Shown: piece after piece, positions 11,942 to 24,027 of the stretch
Layout of the letters: each line of letters starts with the position of its first letter
Position numbering within the stretch: the stretch's first letter is position 1
Source: Anaeramoeba ignava BMAN
Lineage: Eukaryota > Protista > Anaeramoebae
NCBI GenBank assembly: GCA_028826165.1
Contig: JAPDFW010000059.1
Span: forward strand, 186,001-250,000
Direction of reading: 5' to 3'
Length of the DNA stretch: 64,000 nucleotides
Translations under genes and position numbers: made by a program
The notes under the pieces: generated by a model
What the model was told of the DNA's origin: nothing
Databases searched by the model: none
What the model saw: only the letters and a program-made list of their open reading frames with translations

Positions 11942-14900
11942 ATGGTTAAATATAATTTTAAAAAAATAAGAACAGTACCAGATTCATCACAATTTATAGA
12001 TATAGTATTATCTAAAACACAAAAAAAAACACCAACAGTAATTCACAAAGGATATGCAATAACCCGAATCAAAGAATTCTACATGAGAAAAGTGAAATTT
12101 GTTCAACAAACATTTCATGAACGTTTAAGCATGATTATTGATGATTTCCCAGTTCTCGATGATATTCATCCATTTTATGGGGATTTAATGAACATTCTTT
12201 ATCATCGAGATCATTACAAACTTGCGCTTGGGCAATTAAACACTGCGCGGACTCTTATTGACAATCTTTCCAAGGAATACACGCGCATGCTCAAGTTTGG
12301 CGACTCACTTTACCGCTGCAAACAACTCAAAAGAGCGGCTGTGGGTCGTATGTGCACATTGATTCGTAAGCATAATTCTGCGCTCAATTATTTGGAACAA
12401 GTCAGGCAACATCTTTCAAGGCTCCCTGTTATTGATCCAACTTCAAGAACTCTCCTTGTTTGTGGTTATCCTAATGTCGGTAAATCTAGTTTTATGAATA
12501 AGATTACAAGAGCTAATGTGGATGTTCAACCTTATCCTTTTACTACAAAATCGTTGTTTGTTGGTCATTTTGATTATAATTATTTGAGGTGGCAGGTAAT
12601 TAATTAAAATAATTAAAATTAAAATTAAAATTAAAATTAAATTTATTAAAATTAAAATTAAAATTAAAATTAAAATTAAAATAAAATTAAAATTAAAATT
12701 AAAATTAAAATTAAAATTAAAATTAAAATTAAAATAAAATTAAAATTAAAATTAAAATTAAAATTAAAAAAAAATTAAAATTAAAATTAAAATTAAAATA
12801 ATCAAAATAAATTAAAATAATTAAAATAATTAAAATTAAAATTAAAATTAAAATAATCAAAATTAAAATTAAAATTAAATTAAAATTAAAATTAAAATTA
12901 AAATTAAAATTAATTAAAATTAAAATTAAAATTAAAATTAATATATTCTAGGCTATAGATACTCCAGGAATCTTGGACCATCCTTTAGAAGAAAGAAATA
13001 CAATCGAAATGCAATCTATTACAGCCATGGCTCATCTTAAAGCTTCAATTTTATTCTTCATAGATATTAGTGAACATTGTGGTTTCACAATAAAAGACCA
13101 AATCGCATTATTCAAATCTATTAAAACATTATTTACAGGAAAACCATTAATAATTGTTTTATCAAAAATTGATTTATTAAAACCAAATGAATTAAAAGAA
13201 AAAGACAGAAAATTAATTGAATCACTTATTATAGATGAAAATCAAAATCAAAATACAAATGAAAATGAAAATGAAAATGAAGATGAAATTAAAATGGATG
13301 TTAAAGTTATTTGGGAAAGTGAATCAGGAATCCTTTATGATGGAGATCAAATTAAGATTGTTTGTATGAGTTCTTTAACTGAAACTGGAATAACTCTTGT
13401 TAAAAGTGTTTCATGCGATTTATTAATGGCTCAAAGAATAGAAACAAAAACAAAAATGAAAAAAATGACTGAAGTTGCAAATCGATTACATGTTTCATTT
13501 CCAAAACAAAGAGACAACAAAGTATATAAGAAAAATTCATTTGAATTTATCATTTTGAATTTGAAAATCTTAAAACAATTTTTTTTTATTCATTTTAGCA
13601 ACGTCCACCTCAAATTCCTGAATCTGTTTTAAATGCAAGACAAAATCCAACAGATGATGAAGATAAACCTAAAAAAATTCTTGAAAGAGATCTTGAGAAA
13701 ATGTTTGGAGGAGCTGGTCTTTATAATGTGGATTTAAATAAATATTTTATTTTAGAAAATGAAGATTGGAGATATGATGTTGTTCCAGAAATTATAGATG
13801 GAAAGAATATATCAGATTTTGTTGATCCTGATATATTAAAAAGACTTGATGAATTAGAAATTGAAGTACAAAATTTCAAATACATTTAAAATCAAAATTA
13901 AAATCAAAATTAAATTTAAATTAAAATCAAAATTAAAATCAAAATTAAAATTAAAATTAAAATCAAATTAAAATTAAAATCAAATTTAAAATTAAAATTA
14001 AATTTAAAATTAAAATCAAAATTAAAATCAAATTTAAAATTAAAATTAAATTTAAAATTAAAATTAAAATCAAAATTAAAATCAAATTAAAATTAAAATC
14101 AAAATTAAAAATTAAAAAGGAAGAAGAAATCATTAGAAGATTACAAGAAGAACCAGAAGAACAAGAAGGATTAACAGAAGAACAAGAAATTCTTTTAAGT
14201 AAAATTAGAGAAAAAAGAACAATTATGCATAATGATTCAAAAATTAGAAGAAGAAGACATAGAAAAAGAATACCAAGAAATTTAAAACCAGTAAATAAAA
14301 TTCAATTCAAAATTCAAAATTAAAATAAAATTAAATTCAAAATTAAATTCAAAATTAAATTTAAAATTAAATCCAAAAATAAATTAAAAATAAAAAATTA
14401 AAAATTAAATTTAAAATAAAATTAAAAATTAAATTCAAAAATTAAATTCAAAATTAAATTCAAAATTAAATCCAAAATTAAATTCAAAATTTAAAATAAA
14501 ATTAAAATCAAAAATAAATTCAAAATTAAATTCAAAATTAAATTCAAAAATTAAAATTCAAAAATTAGGAAAAAACTGTTGAACAATTTGAATCTCATCT
14601 TCAAAATCTTGGAATTGAAAATGCACCTTTAAAAGAAGCAAAAAAACAAGCAAAAAAACAAACAAGAGGAAGAACAAAAATTCGAAAATATTTCGATGAA
14701 GAACCAACACAAACAGAAGAAAAAGAAGAAACTCAAAACAAAAGAGAACGTTCATTATCACAAACAAGATCCAAATTAAAAGTTAATAGAAAATCAAGAC
14801 CAAGATCTAAATCACTTATAAGATCAACAAGCGTTACTGATCCAAAAACTCAAGGTGTTAAAAGTGTTAATGAATTATTGAAAGTTGAAAAATTATCTTG

Positions 14901-15024
14901 GAATGTCCAAAAAATTCCTAATAAATTAGGAAAGAAAGGTTATGCTGATCATGCAATTTATGATACAAAACCAAAACATTTATTTTCTGGAAAAAGATCT
15001 TCTGGTAAAACTGATTGGAGATGA
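11942..15024 (+). CDS. NOG1: Nucleolar GTP-binding protein 1 (NOG1/GTPBP4)
   Basis: Exons 11942-12595, 12952-13521, 13599-13865, 14120-14290, 14569-15024. Motifs: [30 protein letters not shown] across intron 1, NOGCT region [13 protein letters not shown]-terminal [10 protein letters not shown]...KTDWR. Confidence 0.97.
12600..12940. repeat. (AAAATT)n microsatellite in NOG1 intron 1; introns 3 and 4 are similar
   Basis: Visible hexamer array. Confidence 0.9.
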
Positions 15025-15099
15025 TTTAATTTCTTTTCATTTCTTTTCATTTCTTTTTTTCTTTTTAAAAAAAACAAATTTTTTAATAGAGGAAATTTT

Positions 15100-16880
15100 T
15101 TATATTTCAATCAAAAAATAATAAAGAATTAAAATAAAAAATAATAAAGAAATAAAATTTAAAAATTAATTTTATTTTTGTTAAAATAATTGAAAAAGAA
15201 AAGAAAAGAATGAAATTATTATTCATTTAAATTAAATATTTCAATCAAAAAATAATAAAGAATTAAAATAAAAAATAATAAAGAAATAAAATTAAAAATT
15301 CATTTTATTTTTGTTCCACTTTTTTATTTTTATTAATTGAAAAAGAAAAAAAAGAAATTAAGGAAATTATTATTCATTTAAATTAAATATTTCAATCAAA
15401 AAATAATAAAGAATTAAAATAAAAAATAATAAAAGAAATAAAAATAAAAATTAATTTTATTTTTGTTCCACTTTTTTATTTTTATTAATTGAAAAAAGAA
15501 ATTAAGGAAATTAAAAGAAAAGAAATTAAGAAAATTATTATTCATTTAAATCAAATATTTCAATCAAATAATAATAAAGAATTTAAATAAAAAATAATAA
15601 AGAAATAAAAATAAAAATTAATTTTATTTTTGTTCCACTTTTTTATTTTTATTAATTGAAAAAGAAAAAGAAAAAGAAAAAGAAAGGAAATTAAAGAAAT
15701 TAAGGAAATTATTATTCATTTAAATCAAATATTTCAATCAAATAAAAATAAAGAATTAAAAATAAAAAATAATAAAGAATTAAAATAAAAAATTATTTTT
15801 ATTTTTGTTCCACTTTTTTATTTTTATTAATTGAAAAAGAAAAAAAAAAGGAAATTAGAAGAAAAGAAATTAAGGAAATTATTATTCATTTAAATCAAAT
15901 ATTTCAATCAAATAATAATAAAGAAATAAAATTAAAATAATAAAGAATTAAAATTAAAAATTAATTTTATTTTTGTTCCACTTTTTTATTTTTATTAATT
16001 GAAAAAGGAAAAGAAAAAGAAATTAAGGAAATTAAAAAAAAAGAAATTAAGAAAATTATTATTCATTTAAATCAGATATTTCAATCAAAAAATAATAAAG
16101 AAATAAAATAAAATTAATTTTATTTTTGTTCCACTTTTTTATTTTTATTAATTGAAAAAGAAAAGAAATTAAAAGAAAAGAAATTAAGGAAATTATTATT
16201 CATTTAAATTAAATATTTCAATCAAATAATAATAAAGAATTTAAATAAAATAATAAAAATAAAAAATTAAAATTAATTTTATTTTTGTTCCACTTTTTTA
16301 TTTTTATTAATTGAAAAAGAAAAAGAAAAAGAAATTAAAAGAAAAGAAATTAAGGAAATTATTATTCATTTAAATCAGATATTTCAATCAAAAAATAATA
16401 AAAAAATTAAATAAAAAATAATAAAGAATTAAAATAAAATTATTTCATTTTTGTTCCACTTTTTTATTTTTATTAATTGAAAAAGGAAATTAAGGAAATT
16501 AAAAGAAAAGAAATTAAGGAAATTATTATTTATTTAAATTAGATATTTCAATCAAATAATAATAAAGAATTAAAATAAAAAATAATAAAGAAATAAAAAT
16601 TAAAATTCATTTTATTTTTGTTCCACTTTTTTATTTTTATTAATTGAAAAAGAAAAAGAAAAGAAATTAAAAGAAAAGAAATTAAAGAAATTATTATTCA
16701 TTTAAATCAAATATTTCAATCAAATAATAATAAAGAATTTAAAATAAAAAATAATAAAGAAATAAAAATTAAAAATTTATTTTATTTTTGTTCCACTTTT
16801 TTATTTTTATTAATTGAAAAAGGAAATTAAGGAAATTAAATGAAAAGAAATTAAGGAAAATTATTCTTCATTTAAATCAG
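15100..16880. repeat. About 11 tandem copies of a ~150-175 bp unit spanning the convergent 3' ends of NOG1 and the CWH43-like gene
   Basis: The marker TTGTTCCACTTTTTTATT recurs near 15315, 15467, 15633, 15808, 15976, 16129, 16288, 16454, 16621 and 16791. Confidence 0.93.
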
Positions 16881-19164
16881 AAGGAAGTTTCACAATTGCT
16901 TGAAGTGGATGATGATCAGAAGCTTCTTCAAAAAGAAGAATATTCATATCAAGAACTTGGAAAGTATCTTGGAGGAAAATATAATCAATTCTTTCATTCT
17001 GGAAAGTATAACCAATTCTACCATTTCTGTCAACATCAGAAGGATAAAAATCAAGCCAAGAATCAAATAGTTTGATTTGGTGTTGAGCAACAGAAGAATT
17101 ATAAGCAAGAGAGAAAGGAAGAGAGTTCAAATCGCCAAGAAAAATAACATTTTGTCTTGAACCAATTTCGCGGAAAATTTCCTCAATTTGATATGCTCTT
17201 TCCTCTTCTGATCCATCTAAATGAGCTGAGAAAATATTGAAAACTTGTGATCCAACAATCATTTCAGCTTCGACTAAAGGAACCAATTGACCTGGAGCTG
17301 TGAGGAATTGATATCTGAAATTTCTGAGCGGGAAACGAGAAAGAAGAGCAACACCCCAGCTTCCTTCTCCAGCTTTAGGGCCGTAGTAATGATACGGGAA
17401 ATTGAGGTTTGTTGAGAAAAACCTGACAATATCACCATTTCCCATTTCAATTTTGCAAGTGTCGGATTCCTGAAGAGCAAGCAAATCAATATCGCCTGCC
17501 AGACGTAATGCTTCAAGCATGTTCTGCCATTTGATATTCGCGTTTACATCGTATCCCTGATGCACGTTGTAGGTTATAATGTTTAAACTTGAAGGAACAT
17601 CTTTTGGATAGTACTTAGTATAAACACTGTTGAAACTCAATATGATAATTGTGAATATTAGTAAAGCTCCTGATGCAGAAAATGGGTTTCTTTTCGAAAG
17701 TTTTGTTTTGAAGATTTTTTCTTGCGGTTTTCGTGATAAAGCAAGTTTGAATTGTTTGATGAAAAAAAGTGGAATAAGTGCATTTATCAATAATATCAAA
17801 TACGGAATCCACGCTTTTCTCTTTAAAATATAAACTGACTCGTGAATATAAGCGTAAGTCGTGACAAATATTTCCAAAAACACAAAAACAAGAAACAAAA
17901 GCCCTGAAATGAGGTGTCCATAAACAAGTTTTCTTGAAAGTAATCGTCTTCCAATTTCTCTGTACTTTTTGATGTATAAGATCTGGTTGATCAACAGTGT
18001 TAAATTGATCCAAACGATCGGCGACAAAATGACTGTCATAAATAAGAAGAATGATTGAATCATGTTATACTTTGGATCGAGAAGGAAAATCACAAAGAAA
18101 AACGAGATGAAGAAAAGTAAATTAATTGAGTAGAAATTCTTTCTTTTCGAAATTGTGTATTCAACAACTTTCTGGCTAATTTTGTGGACAAAATTCATTG
18201 GTTCATTGTTTTTTGGCTTAGAAAAAAAAGAGTAATATAAAATTGTTGTGACAACAAAAATTGATAATTGGATCATAATTGTGATTAATCCACAATCAAA
18301 TTCAGTCCATCTTGCAATAACATGAGGAGTTGAAAAAGAAAATGAGATTAAGAAGAGATGAGAGATGATTCCAATTGTGTAAGAGATGATTGTTGGTATT
18401 GTTGCTTGGGGTTTTATTGCCGATAGATTTTCATTTTGATTTTCATTTTGATTTTGATTTTGATTTTGATTTTCATTTTGATTTTGATTTTCTTTATTGA
18501 TTTTTCTTTTATGAATTGTTTCATTTGCCTGCATTTTGATTTGTTTTTGATTTGATTCATTTTGATTGATTTTCTTTTTTTGCTCTTTTTGTTCTTTTTG
18601 ATTTTGAGACATTAATCTTGCTTTAATATTAAAAAGAATCAATTGGAAAATTGCAACTGAACTAAAAGCAAACAATAAGAAACCACCAGGCCACTTTAAA
18701 AACGACATTGGATCAAGAGAAGAACCAAGAGCTCTGACTAAAATATGCATTGAAATTGCATAACCAAAACTTCGTGTGATGTTTATTGCGGAAGATTTAT
18801 TTGTGAAAAATAAATAACTTGGAAAAAATAACCAAAAAGAAGCAACTCCAATTGAGGCCACAATTAATCGATAAGGAATGTCAAAATAACTACTTAATAT
18901 TCGACTCAAAATCAAAATCATTGCGGGAATTGATATTGTTGAACCCCTTGAAAATAATTTTGGAAGGAATAGAAGAATTACTGGTGCTAAAAAACTCAAT
19001 GTAAAAAGAATTGATGAATTTATTGAATATGAAAGAAGGTTTAATCCATAAATTCCTTGTGCAAATATGTAAAAGATTTGGTTGTAAAAAAAAAATAGAA
19101 TTGATAAAAAGAGTTTTTGTGAAAAAAGTTTTGATTGTAATTTTTGAAGAAAAGAAATGATCAT
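16861..19164 (-). CDS. CWH43/PGAP2-interacting-protein-like: multi-pass membrane domain plus C-terminal EEP (endo/exonuclease/phosphatase) domain
   Basis: 767 aa with many hydrophobic helices, then ITYNVHQGY, LLALQESD, WGVALLSRFP, FLGDLNS, IDYIF, SDH. Confidence 0.85.
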   Translation of the reverse strand: MIISFLQKLQSKLFSQKLFLSILFFFYNQIFYIFAQGIYGLNLLSYSINSSILFTLSFLAPVILLFLPKLFSRGSTISIPAMILILSRILSSYFDIPYRLIVASIGVASFWLFFPSYLFFTNKSSAINITRSFGYAISMHILVRALGSSLDPMSFLKWPGGFLLFAFSSVAIFQLILFNIKARLMSQNQKEQKEQKKKINQNESNQKQIKMQANETIHKRKINKENQNQNENQNQNQNQNENQNENLSAIKPQATIPTIISYTIGIISHLFLISFSFSTPHVIARWTEFDCGLITIMIQLSIFVVTTILYYSFFSKPKNNEPMNFVHKISQKVVEYTISKRKNFYSINLLFFISFFFVIFLLDPKYNMIQSFFLFMTVILSPIVWINLTLLINQILYIKKYREIGRRLLSRKLVYGHLISGLLFLVFVFLEIFVTTYAYIHESVYILKRKAWIPYLILLINALIPLFFIKQFKLALSRKPQEKIFKTKLSKRNPFSASGALLIFTIIILSFNSVYTKYYPKDVPSSLNIITYNVHQGYDVNANIKWQNMLEALRLAGDIDLLALQESDTCKIEMGNGDIVRFFSTNLNFPYHYYGPKAGEGSWGVALLSRFPLRNFRYQFLTAPGQLVPLVEAEMIVGSQVFNIFSAHLDGSEEERAYQIEEIFREIGSRQNVIFLGDLNSLPFSLAYNSSVAQHQIKLFDSWLDFYPSDVDRNGRIGYTFQNERIDYIFLQDTFQVLDMNILLFEEASDHHPLQAIVKLPSDLNEE

Positions 19165-19363
19165 ATTGAACTTTCCAAAAACAAGAAAAAAATGAATTTA
19201 TATTTTTTTCAATTAAAAAAATTAATAAATATTTTTTCAATTAATTCATTAATAAATATTTTATTAATTAATTAAAAATTAATTGAATTGTTTTTTGAAA
19301 GTTTTTTTTTATTAAGTTAAGTTTTGTTTTGTTTTGTTTTGTTGTTGTTTTTTTTAGATAAAA

Positions 19364-22300
19364 TTATAAATGCGATTCATATAGAAATATATCATTTTCA
19401 ACCAAACTTAAATCAGTGATTAACATACGAACTTCATCACTTCTTGGCGGTTTTTTAATTTTCCTTTCAATTTGCATATAAACCTTTTCTTCAAAACTAT
19501 CAGAAGAAGTTGAAACACCAACAAAATTAGAAAATTCAACTTGAATTTTTTTGTTTACATGAGAAACATAATAACAATCACAATTCCAGAGAATAAAGGG
19601 TTTACTCTTCTGAGTAACATGTGAGCGAAATAGACTGTCTTGAACACTGGATGTTCTTGCTTTGAAAGAAGAGAGATCAAAACTTGTCATGTTAAATAAT
19701 TGATTTTCTTCAAGTTTCCATTTCATGTGTTCTGAGTACAGTTTTTCAGCTTCAACAATAGCTTTTTGGAAGCCCAGACACCATTGCTTCTTCTCCTCTT
19801 TAGAAGAGCAAGAAAACGCGTATCTTCCATAAGGAGTAACTATTGAGAATGCGTTGAGAGAAGTGTAAACAGGATTTGACGTGTTTTGCTCCAAAAAAAC
19901 GGAAATGATTGGAATTGTTTTTTCGTGTTTGTAATTCTCAGAAGTTTTGTCTGTGATCACAAGAAGATCATTAAAAAGAAACAAGTGCTTTAAGACTTTT
20001 GGAATTTCATCAGCTTTGTTCTCCTTTTCTTTCATTTCGTTTTCCTTTTGTTGGATTTCCTTTTGGACTTCGATACTGACTCTATCGATCAAACTGGAGA
20101 TACTTGATTGGTATGTTTTCTGCGTGATATTGGAGATCTTGGATCCGATGCCCGTTTTCTGGCGGTGCGTGCTTGTGATATTAAAGGCGTGAATCCTTCC
20201 TTCATGAACAAGAAGACGATGAGATGAACTATCGAGAATAATTGATGGAGGTTTTCCTTGGATAAGCTTCTCAATCTCGCTGATACGCTGGAGATTCTCG
20301 TTGCGTCGCTGTGATTCGTTCAGATCCAGAATCAGCGACTGGAATTTTTCATGTGCTTCAGTGACAAGCGGGAAATCAGGATGATCTTGTGGCGTTTTTT
20401 TTAGGATCGCTTGAATCAAGATCCCATATTGTCCGGGTCGTTGGACTGGATTGATGAGAATTGTCGCAAGATTCACCTTCTTTTGGCTCTTCTCCCCAAC
20501 TTTGGACTCCGCATCCTTCACAAAGTTCCCAAATTGCGACTTGTTCATTTTCCGTTTGATCATATTTCGTGATTTCTCAAAAAGCGCGTTGTATTTCTTG
20601 TAGTGATGAAGCATCTGCACGTTTTGAGTAAGAATATCGCCGATTTTTGAATCAATCGACCATGCTTTGACTTTTTCATTGAGCTTATCTGAAAATTTAC
20701 GAGTTTCAACGAGAATATCTTCAAGATTCATGAAAATGGTTGCAATTTCTTCTTTTTTCAAAATGCGATATTCATTCAAGGGTTTGATGAACAAATCAAC
20801 ACCAGCCTGCAGGGAATTGACGTAATTATTCTCTGTAGAAACAAGCTCGAAAACAGCAGTTGTTCTTAAAAACTCTTTTTTGAGCATTTCTGCGCAAGGA
20901 GCCTTGTTTTTTTCAGCAATGATATGAGGAAAGAGATCCTTTCCAAAATAACCGACAAGAGACGCTCCTCTCCGCAGCAAATTAGCGCAAATCTGCGGCT
21001 CAACCCACTTGGCTGCGTACTGGATTGGATAGTATTCTCCTTTATTCTTTTGATTGATATCTTTTGATTTTTCAAGAATCAAATCAACTAATTCAGGAAT
21101 TTTCTTCAGAAAAACAAGATGCACAGGAGTGTTGCCATCCTGCCCAGCAACATCAACAGGAAAACCCTGTTCAATCAGCTCTCGTGCGGCAGAAACATTG
21201 CCTGCGTTCATTACATCAATCAACGGAATGGGGGAGTTATATTCAGAAAGTAAATGAAGAATTTCATAATGTTTTGTGTTAAAAGCAATCATTGCAGGAT
21301 TGTTTCCTTGCGTGTCCCGAATATCTGTTTTTGCCTTTTTTTCCAGCAATATCTTCGCACATTCATAATATCCGTTTTCGCAAGCAAAATGAAGAGGCGT
21401 TTTGTTCTTGATATTTCGCGCACTCACTTTTGGACCCAAAGTAAATAGCTTTAAAACATCTTCGGGTCGATTTTCAATCACAAGCAGATGCAGAACTCGG
21501 TTCTTCTCATTGTTCTTTGCATCAATGTGGATCCCGATCTTGATCAAAAATTCAAGAATCTCGAATTTACCCAAAATAGCTGCTTCGTGACTTGGAAGAT
21601 TTCCTTTTTTGTCTTTTTTCATTGCTTTTGCTCCGTATTTCAACAGTTTCGCAATGCAATCTGTTTTCTTGTTGTTCTGCACTGCGAAATGAAGGATAGG
21701 TGTTTTGATTTCCTTCGACATTTTCAACTTGGCTTTGTTTTCAAGAAGAATCTCAAGAATCACAACATTTTCCTTTTTGATCGCATACATAATTGGAAGC
21801 AATCCACTTGAGTCTGCAATATTCACATTTGCTTTGAGCAAAAGAAGTTTGCGGACAGTTTCTGTGTGCTGGTTTTTGACTGCCAGAATCAACGGTGTTT
21901 TTCCGTTGGAATCTTTTGCGTTGATGTTCAATTTTTTACTTGATTTTTGTTGCAGTAAATTTTCAATTAATTGAGTAAATCCATTTTTTGCTGCGCTGTG
22001 AATTATTGTTTGTTCCTTGTTGTTTTTGGCAAATAAATCTGCGCTTTTGGAAAGGATGTATTCAAAGATTGAGTAATTATGTGTTGCTGTTGATAAATGT
22101 AATAAAGTATTTCCTTTTGAATCTTTTTCGTGAAGATTTCCTCCTTGATCGAAAATATATTTTAGTAAATCAATGTGTCCATAACTTGTTGCTAAATGAA
22201 GTGCTGTTTGTCCGTCTTCATTTTTGATATGAATGTCTGCTTTGTTTTCTACTAAAAATTTTGCTGCTTCGAAGTATCCATTTCTTGTTGCTAAATGAAG

Positions 22301-23910
22301 TGCTGTACATTTTCTTTTATCAACAGTATTAATATTTACTCCATTTTTGAGTAATAATTCCAAGAATTCTAATGATCCTTTCATTGCTAAATATTTATTT
22401 TAATATTTTAAATATTTATTTTAATATTTTATTTTAAATATTTTATTTTAAATATTTTAAATATTTTAATATTTTAATATTTTAATATTTTAATATTTTA
22501 ATATTTTTTAAATATTTATTTTAATATTTTAAATATTGATTTCTAAAAATACCTGCTCGATGAATAGGAAAACTTCCAGAACTATCAGTAACTATTTTCA
22601 ATAAAAATAAATAATTAAAAATTAATTTGTTTTTTTTTTGTTCAAAATAATTTTTCTAACCTTCAAGATTAACTTCAAATTTTTTAAGAAAATTTAAAAA
22701 ACCAGAATAATTATCAGTAATTAAAAAAGTTAAAATTGGATTAATAGCCTTTTTTTTTAATAATAATTGAGCAATTTCATGATCTTTTTTTTGATGAGAA
22801 ATAAATAAAGGTGTTCTTTCATCTTGATCTTTTTCATTAAGAGGAACTTTTTGATTTATTAAAAAGATAACAACTTGAGTTTGTGAAGCTTCACATGCAT
22901 AATGCAATGGTGTTTGTAAAGTTTTTGATTTCTCATTTAATGAATATCCTTTAGATGCTAAAAATTGAAGAATTTCAACTTTTCCTTCTAAAGCTGCAAC
23001 ATGAACAGGCAATAATCCATTTTCGTTAAACTGATTTTGTTCAGATTCATCTGAATTTTCAAACATATACTTCATAATTTCTGGAAATCCAAATTTAGCT
23101 GCCAAATGAAAAGGGTTTTCTATGCAATTTTGTCTATTTTTTGGATCATAAACCCAAAGTACTTTAAAAGTATCAAGATGGTTCATTTGAATAGATTTTT
23201 CTATTGGAGTTCTTTTTTAATTTTTAATTAAATTAAAATTAAAATTAAAAATTAAAATTAAAATTAAAATTAAAATTAAAATTAAAATTAAAATTAAAAT
23301 TAAAATTAAAATTAAAATTAAAATTAAAATTAAAATTAAAATTAAAAATTAAAATTAAAATTAAAATTAAAATTAAAATTAAAATTAAAATTAAAATTAA
23401 AATTAAAATTAAAATTAAAATTAAAATTAAAATTAAAAATTAAAATTAAAATTAAAATTAAAATTAAAATTAAAATTAAAACTAAAATTTAAATTAAAAT
23501 TAAAATTAGAATTAAAATTAAAATTAAAATTAAAAATAAAATTATAATTAGAATTAAAATTAAAATTAAAATTTAAATTAAAAAATTATTTACAATCCAT
23601 CACAATCTCTTAAAGAAGGATTCGCTTTATAAGATAATAAAAATGTAACTGAATCTGCGCTATTATGAAAAACTGCAAAATGTAATGGAGTTTGTTTTTG
23701 GTCAATTGTTTGTGCATTTGGGTTTAATTCATTTTGTAATAAAAGTTCCAAAATTGCAAATTGATTGTTTTCTATTGAATAAAATAATGCATTCTTTCCA
23801 TTTGTTGCTTCATTTTTCCAAAATTTAGATTCACTTTTTTCAATAATTTCTTTAACTTTGGAATCTAATCCTTGTTGACAATACTCAAAAAATTCAAGTA
23901 AATCAGCCAT
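19364..23910 (-). CDS. Ankyrin-repeat DH-PH RhoGEF
   Basis: Exons 23910-23594, 23211-22661, 22591-22553, 22386-19364. Ankyrin array, then DH (ELVSTENNYVNSL, LINPVQRPGQY, KKTPQDHPD) and PH (HLFLFNDLLVIT...EEKKQW). Confidence 0.9.
23225..23580. repeat. (AAAATT)n microsatellite in RhoGEF intron 1
   Basis: Visible hexamer array. Confidence 0.9.
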
Positions 23911-24027
23911 TAAAAAAAAATAATAAATCAAATAAATCAAATAATAAAAACAAAAGAAAAAAAATGAATTTAAAAATAAAGATTTTTTTTTTCATTTTTT
24001 TTTTCATTTTTTTCTTTTGTTTTTAAA

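Noticed and set aside
16861-17600. EEP domain as a non-LTR retrotransposon endonuclease
   Set aside because: It is fused to a multi-TM domain as in CWH43/PGAP2IP, with no reverse transcriptase nearby.
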